A stretch of 64,000 nucleotides of DNA from assembly GCA_027488515.1 (NCBI GenBank), contig JAIYBN010000001.1, positions 811 to 64,810 on the forward strand, given 5' to 3'. This document shows positions 9,932 through 19,251 of this stretch, in pieces; positions within the stretch are counted from its first letter, which is position 1; every line of letters begins with the position of its first letter. The translations under genes and the position numbers were made by a program. Source of the stretch: Pseudomonadota bacterium (GTDB lineage: Bacteria > Bdellovibrionota > UBA1018 > CAIMNF01). The notes below the pieces were generated by a model. It saw nothing but the letters and a program-made list of their open reading frames with translations. It was not told the DNA's origin and ran no database searches.

Positions 9932-11038
9932 CTAGAGGGAGTAACCGAGTCGAATCGAAATCGCTCCGAGATCCACCCGGGTGATGTCAGAGGCCTCGAA
10001 CGCTTGTCGACTGTATACCGCTCCGAGTTCGACCCTGTGGTTATTCTCGAGCTTGTAGCTGGCCGTCAAAGAAGTTTCAGTCCCGAAGTCCTTGAGGCTG
10101 AACACACCCTTGAGTGGCGCGTAAAAGCCCTGCAAGGTCAGCCGGGCTCGATCGGTGAATTCATATCGTATCTTCGTGCCGACCCCGCCTGCAATCAGGT
10201 TGGCGAATCCGAGTTGGCTCCCGTTTGAGAACAGCGTGTAATACTGGACTCCCACCATCGGGTGCACTTGAAGTCGGGACTTGGGGTCCCTCAATGCGTA
10301 CAACAAATGAGCATGTGCACCGAGCAGTTGCGGGGCGGTATCGGTGGGCGATGAACGGACGGTCCAAAGGGTGAGAGCGAAGTCACCTGCGAGTGAGAAC
10401 TTACCGAACACCGGCTCACTCTCGAAGGTCGCTGAGACCAAACCGTTGATCGAGGCATAATCACCGAAATTCGTCTGTTTGTATCTGAGAACCGCTCCTC
10501 CCGGAGAGATCACCAACAGCCCCCAAGGCTTGCCGATTTTGTACTCCTGGACATCAGGAGCGTAGACGATGAACTTTTCCGTCTTTTTTGTCTGACCGTC
10601 CGAACCGAGCACCTGTAAGTTGAGTTCGCTCTTGATCGAATTCAGGTAGACGAAAACAACAAACATACCCCCTTCTTTCAGGGTGACCGGGTAAAGGGTG
10701 TCTCGATCCTCGATGAACACCTTGGACCCGGAATCCTTCAGAAGCGCTCGAATCTCGACAAAAGGACGTAACTTTCCGTCTTTCCGTCTCAATGCGACGG
10801 GAATACGTTGGTGAATCAGCTCCACCGTTTCGATACGCTTTGCCGGATCCGTCTCACGGGACACCTCAGCCACCCAGTTGGTCTTTTCGACAGCGACCGA
10901 GCTGGCATCATACACCTCGGGACGCAGCTCTTCCGCCGACTGCGCCCGGGATTCGCAAATCGACAGCCCGGCAAAGACTGCCATGGACCCCAACCAGCCG
11001 AAAATCTTCCGGAGTGGGACCTCAGCGGCTCGATTCAT
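9932..11038 (-). CDS. Secreted beta-rich protein, possibly an outer-membrane barrel or periplasmic protein. Hypothetical.
   Basis: N-terminal signal peptide, and a C-terminal half with alternating hydrophobic beta-strand-like pattern. Confidence 0.55.
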   Translation of the reverse strand: MNRAAEVPLRKIFGWLGSMAVFAGLSICESRAQSAEELRPEVYDASSVAVEKTNWVAEVSRETDPAKRIETVELIHQRIPVALRRKDGKLRPFVEIRALLKDSGSKVFIEDRDTLYPVTLKEGGMFVVFVYLNSIKSELNLQVLGSDGQTKKTEKFIVYAPDVQEYKIGKPWGLLVISPGGAVLRYKQTNFGDYASINGLVSATFESEPVFGKFSLAGDFALTLWTVRSSPTDTAPQLLGAHAHLLYALRDPKSRLQVHPMVGVQYYTLFSNGSQLGFANLIAGGVGTKIRYEFTDRARLTLQGFYAPLKGVFSLKDFGTETSLTASYKLENNHRVELGAVYSRQAFEASDITRVDLGAISIRLGYSL

Positions 11039-12206
11039 TTTTTACAGGCACACCTGGCTCTGCGGCGGGGATCCGCTTCGGATCCTGCTCGCGCACAAAA
11101 TAGAGTTTGAAGCCCGCAAAAATCTTGTTGGGGTCCCGGATCAGTTCACGGTTGTTGTCCCAGAGACTCTTCCACTTCGTGAACGTACCATACACCCACT
11201 GTGAGATCTTTTGGAGAGTGTCACCCCGCTTGATGAGATAGGCTTCGCCATTCTTGCTCACCGTCCGGACACCGAACACCTTGATCCGCAAACGGGACCC
11301 TTTGGTCAACACGTTCGGGTCGTTGATCACTTCTTTGTTTGAATCGAGAATCTCGCGCCATCGCGTGAGGTCCCCGAAAACCTCGAAGGCGATCTTCATC
11401 AAGGTATCCCCTTCTTTGACCCGGTAATCGATGATTTGGGCACCGTCTGCCGATGCCGGTCCGCGTGTAGCCCCGACAGGGACAACTCCGGTCTCCTTGG
11501 TAGAACCCGGCGACTTCAGCGGACTTCCGTCCGCATTGAGTGCCTGTGCTGACGCTGGATCTCGGGAAGCGATCGCCACCGCATCCGACCCGCCAGCCGC
11601 CTGCGCCCCCGATGGCTGTCCCGAGGCAACCCCGTTCACACCTGCCGGCTGTCCTGAGGCATCCCCGTTGACACCTGCCACTCGAGCCTGACCGGCTTGC
11701 ACACCTTTTCCATTCAAAATTGCGTTAGGGGCCAGGGACTTCCCTGGCTGTAATCCACCGGCCTGAGCCCCCGAGACCTGGGATCCCCCGGCTGTGCCTG
11801 ACCCGACCGATCCCTTCAGTCCTTGAGCGCTTCCTTTTGCCGCCAGGGCTCCGGCTGCACCTTTAACCTGGGAAGTAACCGAGACCACAGGATTGGCCGC
11901 TGAGCCGTTTTTACCCTGTGTTTGGGCCTGAGCCGGATCGAGACTCATTTGTCCCCCCGGGCCCGTAGCATCACGATCTGATGCTCCATCCGGCGGGGCG
12001 TCGTTTTTCGAAATCGGAATCGCATCGATTCCCTGCAATTCAGTGGCCACTTCCACAGGAGCGATCAATTCCTCTGCTTCGAGTGAGGACTGAATCGAGG
12101 GTTTTGACATCGGATTCAAAGTCGAGCAAGCCGCAACACAGACGCTGGCGACTCCGAAACTGATGGGGGCCCGTATCCGTTTGCTTTTCATCGCCGGCTC
12201 CTTCAA
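11022..12206 (-). CDS. LysM-domain lipoprotein with a Gly/Ala/Ser/Gln-rich low-complexity linker and two C-terminal LysM domains.
   Basis: Lipobox VAAC after the signal peptide. Two LysM motifs (YRVKEGDTLMKIA...; YLIKRGDTLQKIS...). Confidence 0.75.
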   Translation of the reverse strand: MKEPAMKSKRIRAPISFGVASVCVAACSTLNPMSKPSIQSSLEAEELIAPVEVATELQGIDAIPISKNDAPPDGASDRDATGPGGQMSLDPAQAQTQGKNGSAANPVVSVTSQVKGAAGALAAKGSAQGLKGSVGSGTAGGSQVSGAQAGGLQPGKSLAPNAILNGKGVQAGQARVAGVNGDASGQPAGVNGVASGQPSGAQAAGGSDAVAIASRDPASAQALNADGSPLKSPGSTKETGVVPVGATRGPASADGAQIIDYRVKEGDTLMKIAFEVFGDLTRWREILDSNKEVINDPNVLTKGSRLRIKVFGVRTVSKNGEAYLIKRGDTLQKISQWVYGTFTKWKSLWDNNRELIRDPNKIFAGFKLYFVREQDPKRIPAAEPGVPVKNESSR

Positions 12207-13189
12207 ATCTCCCCGACCGGGGGAGGCGGGGGAATCTCGTCCAAACGCTCGTCTGACAGGATGTCTTGCAAGCGAGTCAACTTGGATTGAGCTTCTTTGT
12301 CACTGGCCTCGCGGACGGTCCGGAGAAAATTGCGTTGCTGGATCAGATCCTCGAAATTCTCTTCCAAAACCCTGCGTGACGGAGAAGAAGTCGGTGTTTT
12401 CTTCATCTCGATTTCCACACGTCCCAACTCATATTCGGTGATCTTCAACAAATCCGCCGTCGGGTTCATCCGCATTGCGGTCTCCAGCTCGACCAGCGCC
12501 TCATTCAGTGCCTCACGAACCATTGTCTGGCCTGAACGGAGCCTCCGCGCATAGCCTTCAAGACGGATTTCCTTCCGGGAGAGCTCATCTAATGATGAAG
12601 CAGAAGACGACCCTGCTAAAGATCCGGCGAATTTGAATTCAGCCACTCGGGGAGCTGATTCCAGCTCAGCAATTCTGGATTTGAGTTTTTCATTGTCAGC
12701 CATCAGAGATTGAATCCGACCCTCGGATGATTCATTCTCCTGTCTCAGGTAGGCGGATTCTGTGGCGATCACTTCTTGCTGATCACGCAAGGAACTCTCG
12801 AGCTCCTGGAACAGTTGCAATTGGATGCTCATGGCTTGGATCTGTTTCGCCTGCTCCTGGGCGACCTTACTCAAGTGCTCGGTCTGGGTCCGTTGGCGGA
12901 TGGCGTCTTCCGAGATCCTCTTCTGCACCCCTTTCAGAGTTTGGATCTCTCCGATCTGCTTCAGGATGAGAGCTTTCATCTTTTCGACTTCTCCTTCGGA
13001 CTCGCCCACAGTGGCGCGACTCCGAACTGCGGCGAGCTCTTGCTCGAGCGCCACCAGACGGTCGATTTGATGTCCGACGTTATCCGAGGGTTGAATCGCT
13101 TCTTGGGTCATCGATTTCTGCCTGACATGTTCGGTTCTGATCATGGTTAGTACCACCTCAATCAGCGGTTTCGGTTGAACCCTCGCCAA
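12203..13189 (-). CDS. Coiled-coil protein, hypothetical.
   Basis: 328 aa with heptad-rich composition. It overlaps the upstream LysM gene by 4 nt, suggesting an operon. Confidence 0.55.
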   Translation of the reverse strand: MARVQPKPLIEVVLTMIRTEHVRQKSMTQEAIQPSDNVGHQIDRLVALEQELAAVRSRATVGESEGEVEKMKALILKQIGEIQTLKGVQKRISEDAIRQRTQTEHLSKVAQEQAKQIQAMSIQLQLFQELESSLRDQQEVIATESAYLRQENESSEGRIQSLMADNEKLKSRIAELESAPRVAEFKFAGSLAGSSSASSLDELSRKEIRLEGYARRLRSGQTMVREALNEALVELETAMRMNPTADLLKITEYELGRVEIEMKKTPTSSPSRRVLEENFEDLIQQRNFLRTVREASDKEAQSKLTRLQDILSDERLDEIPPPPPVGEI

Positions 13190-13371
13190 ACTTTACTTTT
13201 CTCATGGATCCCTACACGAATTCAGTTTTCGTCAAAATTCAGACACTTAGATCTGAAATCAATGATTCAAGTTTCATTCAAGCTGTCCCGAAGAAGAGAT
13301 GCACCCGATTGGATTGCGGGTCCAGACAGTAACAGATTAAAATTATTGGGTATAGGTCTGAAGAGGCACGT

Positions 13372-16300
13372 ATGCGCAAAAATAAACTGATTCTTAGACT
13401 GCGGGAGTTTTTGCTCACCCTCGGCTTCATTGCTGGGGTGAGTGCGTGTGAATTTGTTCCCCAGGAAGTGTCGATCACGACGCTCACCGGGGCAGCAGCC
13501 GAAAGAGCGGACAACGCACCCTATGCGGGATTCACCGGGATCACCGAAGCGAATACCCTCAGCGCAAATAAAGTTCAAATCAAGTGGAGCGCATCCACTG
13601 ATGAGAAAGTGATCGCTTACAACATCTATGACTCGAGCAACTTCTTCTTTCCGAAACTCCTGAAAACCGTTCTCGCTCCCGCCAACAGCTTCACCTTGAC
13701 CGGCCTGACGACGGTCACCCTGGGCACTTTCCGGGTGAAGGCCGCCACCGCCAAGAACGTGGAAGATGACAACATGGTCGACAAGTTCGCCATCCCCTAT
13801 GGCGGGATCGCCTCGGCGACCGTGACTTCCTCCACCACAGCCACTGTCAATTTCGCAGACATCAGTAACGCCGATTCTGCCGGGGTCTATTGTAAATGGG
13901 GAACGGCGACGGATTTCACCCTGGTCAAGAGCATCACCAATACCGTGGGTGTGACCTCAGCAGATTTGACCGGCCTTCTTCCCGGATCCACCTATACCTG
14001 CCGGGTCAACACGACCATCGCCGATTTCACGGACAATAACACCCTAACGGTGAGCTTCATTCCGATCGGCCAAGCCACAAGATTGCAATTTGTCACCGAG
14101 CCGGGAAGTGCACCCGCGGGAACCGCCCTCGGACCTCAACCCGTCATTCGAATTCTTGATGACAACGACAATCTGGTTTCTTCCGGGCCCGACTCGACCG
14201 CTCTGATCACCCTGACCCTGTCTGCCTTGAGTCCCTCTGCAGGCACGATCCGTGGGACCGCGACTATCGCTGCAGTCGGTGGCGTGGCCACTTTCAGTGG
14301 AATCAACTTCCAGGAAGCCGGAGTGAAGATTTTGACCGCGACCAAACAAGACACTTCGAATCAGACCGGGGGTGCGCCCAGTTTGACCAAAGATTCGAGC
14401 GAATTCACTATTGTCCCAGCAGCGGTTTCGCCTTTGGCCTCGAAATTGACTCTCACGCCAGCCTCGGTTCCAGGCTCCTATCTCATTGCCAATGGTAACG
14501 CGAGTTACACAGTCGGATTCGAACTTGCTGACCAGTATCAGAACCCGATTTCAGGGGTGAAACCCCAGTTTGCTTCCACCAATTCGAACGACACCTTGAG
14601 CCAGCCCGTTGCCAACACAGATTCGGCCGGCCTGACCTCCGGGTCGATCTCCACGACTGTGGCGGGTACCCGGACTCTCAGCATCAGCTCTCCGTCCGGT
14701 TTGACCGCCGTGACCGCCTCGGCCACCTTTGTGGCCGGCGTGGCAACCAAAGTCGGCTTTGTGCAGCAACCCCTCAACTCTCCGGCAGGGGTGGCGACGA
14801 TGAACTCGGTCCAAGCAGCAGTGCTCGACATCCAAGGGAACGTGGTGATTACCTCCAGTGCGAACATTTCTCTCTCGATCTTCAATAACGTCAGTGGGGC
14901 CAATTTGACTGGAACGACCACGGTCCAAGCGGTGAACGGAGTCGCCACTTTCAACGGTCTCGGGATCGACCGGATCGGAACCTACAAGCTGATCGCAAAC
15001 TCCGCACCACTCACTGTCGCCTACAGTAATAACTTTCAGATCGTATCCGGAGCTCCGGCGAAACTCGCCCTCTCGGGTCCTTCAAGCTTCGTATCAGGTA
15101 ATTGCAGCAACGCTCTGGCTTTCACGCTTCAACTCCAGGACATCGGCAATAACGCCGCAAATGCCACAGCGAGCACCGTGATCCAATTGACCGGTACCGG
15201 TGGCGGAGGATTCTACACCAGCTGTGCGGGAACCACTCCCGTGACGAGCGTCACCTATTCCACCGGCTCGAACACCAAGACCCTGTATTTCAAAAACCAG
15301 AAAGCCGAGAGCTTGGTCCTCACTGCTCGTGACCCGTCGCTGATCATGGCGCAGGGCACTCACAATCTGACGGTGACTCCTTCCCAAGTTTCACTCACCG
15401 GCCCGACTTCCATCATCTCGGGTCGGTGTTCTCCTGCATTCACGATCACCACATTGGGCGCTGACGGGACCACGGGAAACGTCAAAGATGAAACCCCGTT
15501 CCAGATTTCGGGCACCCTGGGAAGCGCCACCTTCTGGGAAGACTCCGCCTGTACCAACTCCCCGGTCACCAATCTCTCCTCCTTCAAAGTGGCAGCAGGT
15601 CAAAGCACCAAGGCTTTCTATGTCAAGGACCCTCTCGCTGAAACCATCTCACTGACCATCTCCGATCCGGCGAATGTGATTTCACCGGCAACCGCTCCTG
15701 TGGTGGTGTTGGTCAACGCCTCACAAATCAATTTTGTCGGACCTACCGTGGTCATCTCGGGTCAACCATCGAGTCCTTATACAGTCACTTTGATGGACTC
15801 GCTTGGGAATCCCGTTCAAGCGCCACAAAACGTGACCCTGAACATCTCAGGATTGACGGGCACACAAGCGGCGTTCTACAGCAATCCGGCTGCCACGACT
15901 TTCCTCGGTTCGGCATTTTCCATTCCGCAAGGCGCTGCCAGCCAAATGATCTACCTGAAGGACATGACTGCAGAGTCCATCAGTGTCAAGGTGGTCGATC
16001 CGGCAGGAAACCTTGCTGATTCCGCAACGATTCAAATCAAAATCTCCCCGTCCGGCATGACACTGGCCGGACCGGTTCCAGCCAATTCCAAAACCAACAT
16101 TTGTGCCGGTCCGTTTACACTGAGAACCATCGATGGTGCGGGTAATGCAGCAGGAGCGGTCACACCGATCACCGCGGGTCTGACGGGTGCCGGATACGCC
16201 GGGAAATTCTTTAATGACAGTGCTTGCTCGAATGAAATCACACAAGTCAATTTCGCAGAAGGCGTGAGCACCCGGACTTTTTACTTCAGAGGACTTTATC

Positions 16301-19251
16301 CGGACAGCTCCTCATTCTTGGCTTCAGATTCCGCCTCTCCCCCCATTTTGACTCCAGCGCAACTGTCTTGGACGGTAAGCGCTTCGCCGGGCTGGATCGG
16401 TTCCGGTCTCGGTCGTGGGGCCGGTGGTACCGCAACCGAAACCGAGGGCTCCCCTATTCTTTGGCAAAGCGGTAAAACACCCGTCGTCGGACGGATCGAT
16501 GCTCCAACCGGCGTGAACGCACTCGCATTCGATCCCTCAAAACGTTATCTTTATGTGGCCGATGCCAACTACCATCGGGTGATCAAATACGATTATCAGA
16601 CCAATCAGTACATTGGTTGGCTCGGCATGCTCACCCGCTGGGGTGGAGTCGGTCCCACCGGAGCCAACACCTTTGCTCTCAGCAGCTCCATGGGATCCAC
16701 CGCAGCAGCCTCACTCGCCAACCAGTGCATCACATTAGCTCATAACTACATCACCCCCGGGTGGTGTCAGGGGGGTATGTCGGTGGCGACCGGCTCCATC
16801 ACTTCAGGAGGCATGCATTCACCAAACGCGGTCGCCAGTGATGGAAATTACGTCTATGTCTCAAACTCGAGCAATTACAACATCACCCGGTTCAATGCCA
16901 ATACCGGCCAGTTTACGGGATGGGTCGGGCGAATTGGGAACAACTCGGGCTTGAGCCCAGGGATTGACACTGAAGGCAACTCCCTGATGAATTGCTCCTC
17001 TTCGAATGCCAACAACTCCCCGACTCCGGGATGGTGTCGATGGGGGGGGCATAGCAATAGCTACATCCAGGTCGGAACCAGCCCTGGCTTGACCTACTCC
17101 ATGACCATCGCTACGGACCAAACCGGTGAAACGTATCTTTACACCGGGAACTACGGCATGGTTTCCAGAATCAACCTGAGCACCGGTGCATTCAGCGGAT
17201 GGATCGGATGGGTACAGCTGACTTCTACAGGAGCCCCGGTTGCTTCAACTTTGGCTTCGGCTCCCGGAGCCACCAACACTTGTGCCACCACTGCGGCCAA
17301 CAACCGGACTCCCGGCTGGTGTATCGGCGGTCAGAACTGGATGAACGGTGGAATCGGTGCCGGTGGTATGGGTGCTATGGGTGGCGTCTGGGCGGATGAA
17401 GCGAACAACATCCTCTATTCCTCGATGGGCAACAATGGCGGGACCATCTACAAACACAATCTCACCACCGGGGCCTATATTGGAAACGTGACCTTCAACA
17501 ACTCTCCGATGGCTTTCAACGGGATCGCCCACATCACCTTTGATGGGACGTACTTCTACATTGCCGACACGAACCGGATCGCCAAGGTAGACACCAACGG
17601 TACACTTTGGGGCTGGATCGGAAAAGTCAACACCACCGCTTCCTTGGCCAATGCATCGGGGAATCCGAGCGGAACCTGCTCGACTGTCGGGGTGAACTCG
17701 AACACCACCGGCTGGTGTATGGGCGGAACCGCCAAATTCGGGATTGATGAAACCTCATTCTTTGGCCTAGGTGCCATCGCCTACGATGGAGCGGACGGAA
17801 TCCTCGTCGGTCAAGGAACCAACTTTCCGGCGATCAAGAAATTCGACAAAACCACCGGGAACTACCAAGGGATGCTGGTCAACGTCGGAGACAGCCCGGC
17901 GACCTGGACCGACTCCCAAGCCATTGCAGGGTTGCACGGGTTCGATGACAACTCCATGTACGCGCCCTCCGGGTTGCACTTCGATGCGGGCTCCAACAAC
18001 CTCTATGCCACCGAGGTCTTGGCTGGTCGCGTAAAACAAATCGATGCCCGTACCGGAGCCACCACAGGGTGGGTGGGTGCCGTCGGCGGATTTGTGAGTG
18101 GAATCACCCGGACGCTCGGTTGCGGAACCAACTCGATCGGGGTCACCTCCGGCTGGTGTTTGGGGGCGATGTTCCATCCCTCATTCTTCACCGCAAACAG
18201 CTGGACTCTGGCTCCGACCAATGCGGGTGGATTCATGTACTACCCCGCCGGGGTCACCAGTGACGGGACCTTTTTATATGTGACCGACATCGGCTACAAC
18301 CGGATCAACCGCTTCCGGCTCAGTGATGGCGCCTACCGTGGCTGGATCGGAGGCATCAGCGGTACGGCCACGACTGGCCCGGCCACAGCATCGGATTCTG
18401 CGTCCTGTACGAATGCCGTGAACCGGTTCACCCCCGGTTGGTGTGTGGGCGGATTGCCTACTTCAGGCAACGGCAACGGATACCTGAACTCACCGAGTGC
18501 CATCACCTTTGCTTCTGGTAATTTGTATGTGATTGACCAGGCCAATCACCGGGTATCTTCCTACAACGCCAATACAGGTGCCTTCAACGGGTGGATCGGC
18601 CGGGTCAACAGTGGGACTGGAATCAGTCCTGCTACGGTTACGAAAAGCGGCTGGGTTCTGACCAATGGCTGGTCGACGGGGGGTAACTCCACCAACGGCA
18701 GTTGCGGAAGCGACCCGGGCGGTGGATTTTGCTTCAACAACGGGCGGGGGGGCATTGCCTCCGATGGCGTGAAGCTTTACGTGGCCAACACCCAGAACAG
18801 TCGTGTCGACATGTTCACTCTGGCCACGGGTGTGTATGAGAAGTCTTCCTATACCCACCCCGGTGTATACACCAACGTTTGGACCACGACTCCAAACTTC
18901 GGGAATAACCTGGGACCCGCCTCCCTTGCTTTCTCGAACGGGCACCTCTATTACACCGTCGTGAACGGAACCACCTTGGTGGGCAAAATGAATGCGACCA
19001 CCGGAACCGTTCTCGGTTGGCGGGGTGGGATCGGGACTTCGCCTGCGGGCCCGGTCTCCAGTCCGGATTGCGTCGGTGCAACCGGTGTGACTCCTGACTG
19101 GTGTCAAGGTGGAGGTGCCGTACAAGGCCTCCTTCTCGGGAACTCGAACAACATCGGTGGTTTTGCGGCCCCTTACGGAATCACAGTGGACAATCACTTT
19201 GTCTACATCAGTGACGAAAACTCTCACAGGATCACCAGGTATCCGAAATGA
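13372..19251 (+). CDS. Giant surface lipoprotein of 1959 aa. It has N-terminal FN3/bacterial Ig-like (Big) domains and a C-terminal beta-propeller built from about 8 NHL-like repeats. Each repeat carries a Cys-x(6-10)-TPGWC-xGG loop.
   Basis: Signal peptide plus lipobox (GVSAC). Ig-like motif (RLQFVTEPGSAPAGTALGPQPVIRILDDNDN). NHL-like repeats (YVADANYHRV, YVIDQANHRV, NGWIG). GAAGAGG RBS. Confidence 0.85.
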   Translation: MRKNKLILRLREFLLTLGFIAGVSACEFVPQEVSITTLTGAAAERADNAPYAGFTGITEANTLSANKVQIKWSASTDEKVIAYNIYDSSNFFFPKLLKTVLAPANSFTLTGLTTVTLGTFRVKAATAKNVEDDNMVDKFAIPYGGIASATVTSSTTATVNFADISNADSAGVYCKWGTATDFTLVKSITNTVGVTSADLTGLLPGSTYTCRVNTTIADFTDNNTLTVSFIPIGQATRLQFVTEPGSAPAGTALGPQPVIRILDDNDNLVSSGPDSTALITLTLSALSPSAGTIRGTATIAAVGGVATFSGINFQEAGVKILTATKQDTSNQTGGAPSLTKDSSEFTIVPAAVSPLASKLTLTPASVPGSYLIANGNASYTVGFELADQYQNPISGVKPQFASTNSNDTLSQPVANTDSAGLTSGSISTTVAGTRTLSISSPSGLTAVTASATFVAGVATKVGFVQQPLNSPAGVATMNSVQAAVLDIQGNVVITSSANISLSIFNNVSGANLTGTTTVQAVNGVATFNGLGIDRIGTYKLIANSAPLTVAYSNNFQIVSGAPAKLALSGPSSFVSGNCSNALAFTLQLQDIGNNAANATASTVIQLTGTGGGGFYTSCAGTTPVTSVTYSTGSNTKTLYFKNQKAESLVLTARDPSLIMAQGTHNLTVTPSQVSLTGPTSIISGRCSPAFTITTLGADGTTGNVKDETPFQISGTLGSATFWEDSACTNSPVTNLSSFKVAAGQSTKAFYVKDPLAETISLTISDPANVISPATAPVVVLVNASQINFVGPTVVISGQPSSPYTVTLMDSLGNPVQAPQNVTLNISGLTGTQAAFYSNPAATTFLGSAFSIPQGAASQMIYLKDMTAESISVKVVDPAGNLADSATIQIKISPSGMTLAGPVPANSKTNICAGPFTLRTIDGAGNAAGAVTPITAGLTGAGYAGKFFNDSACSNEITQVNFAEGVSTRTFYFRGLYPDSSSFLASDSASPPILTPAQLSWTVSASPGWIGSGLGRGAGGTATETEGSPILWQSGKTPVVGRIDAPTGVNALAFDPSKRYLYVADANYHRVIKYDYQTNQYIGWLGMLTRWGGVGPTGANTFALSSSMGSTAAASLANQCITLAHNYITPGWCQGGMSVATGSITSGGMHSPNAVASDGNYVYVSNSSNYNITRFNANTGQFTGWVGRIGNNSGLSPGIDTEGNSLMNCSSSNANNSPTPGWCRWGGHSNSYIQVGTSPGLTYSMTIATDQTGETYLYTGNYGMVSRINLSTGAFSGWIGWVQLTSTGAPVASTLASAPGATNTCATTAANNRTPGWCIGGQNWMNGGIGAGGMGAMGGVWADEANNILYSSMGNNGGTIYKHNLTTGAYIGNVTFNNSPMAFNGIAHITFDGTYFYIADTNRIAKVDTNGTLWGWIGKVNTTASLANASGNPSGTCSTVGVNSNTTGWCMGGTAKFGIDETSFFGLGAIAYDGADGILVGQGTNFPAIKKFDKTTGNYQGMLVNVGDSPATWTDSQAIAGLHGFDDNSMYAPSGLHFDAGSNNLYATEVLAGRVKQIDARTGATTGWVGAVGGFVSGITRTLGCGTNSIGVTSGWCLGAMFHPSFFTANSWTLAPTNAGGFMYYPAGVTSDGTFLYVTDIGYNRINRFRLSDGAYRGWIGGISGTATTGPATASDSASCTNAVNRFTPGWCVGGLPTSGNGNGYLNSPSAITFASGNLYVIDQANHRVSSYNANTGAFNGWIGRVNSGTGISPATVTKSGWVLTNGWSTGGNSTNGSCGSDPGGGFCFNNGRGGIASDGVKLYVANTQNSRVDMFTLATGVYEKSSYTHPGVYTNVWTTTPNFGNNLGPASLAFSNGHLYYTVVNGTTLVGKMNATTGTVLGWRGGIGTSPAGPVSSPDCVGATGVTPDWCQGGGAVQGLLLGNSNNIGGFAAPYGITVDNHFVYISDENSHRITRYPK

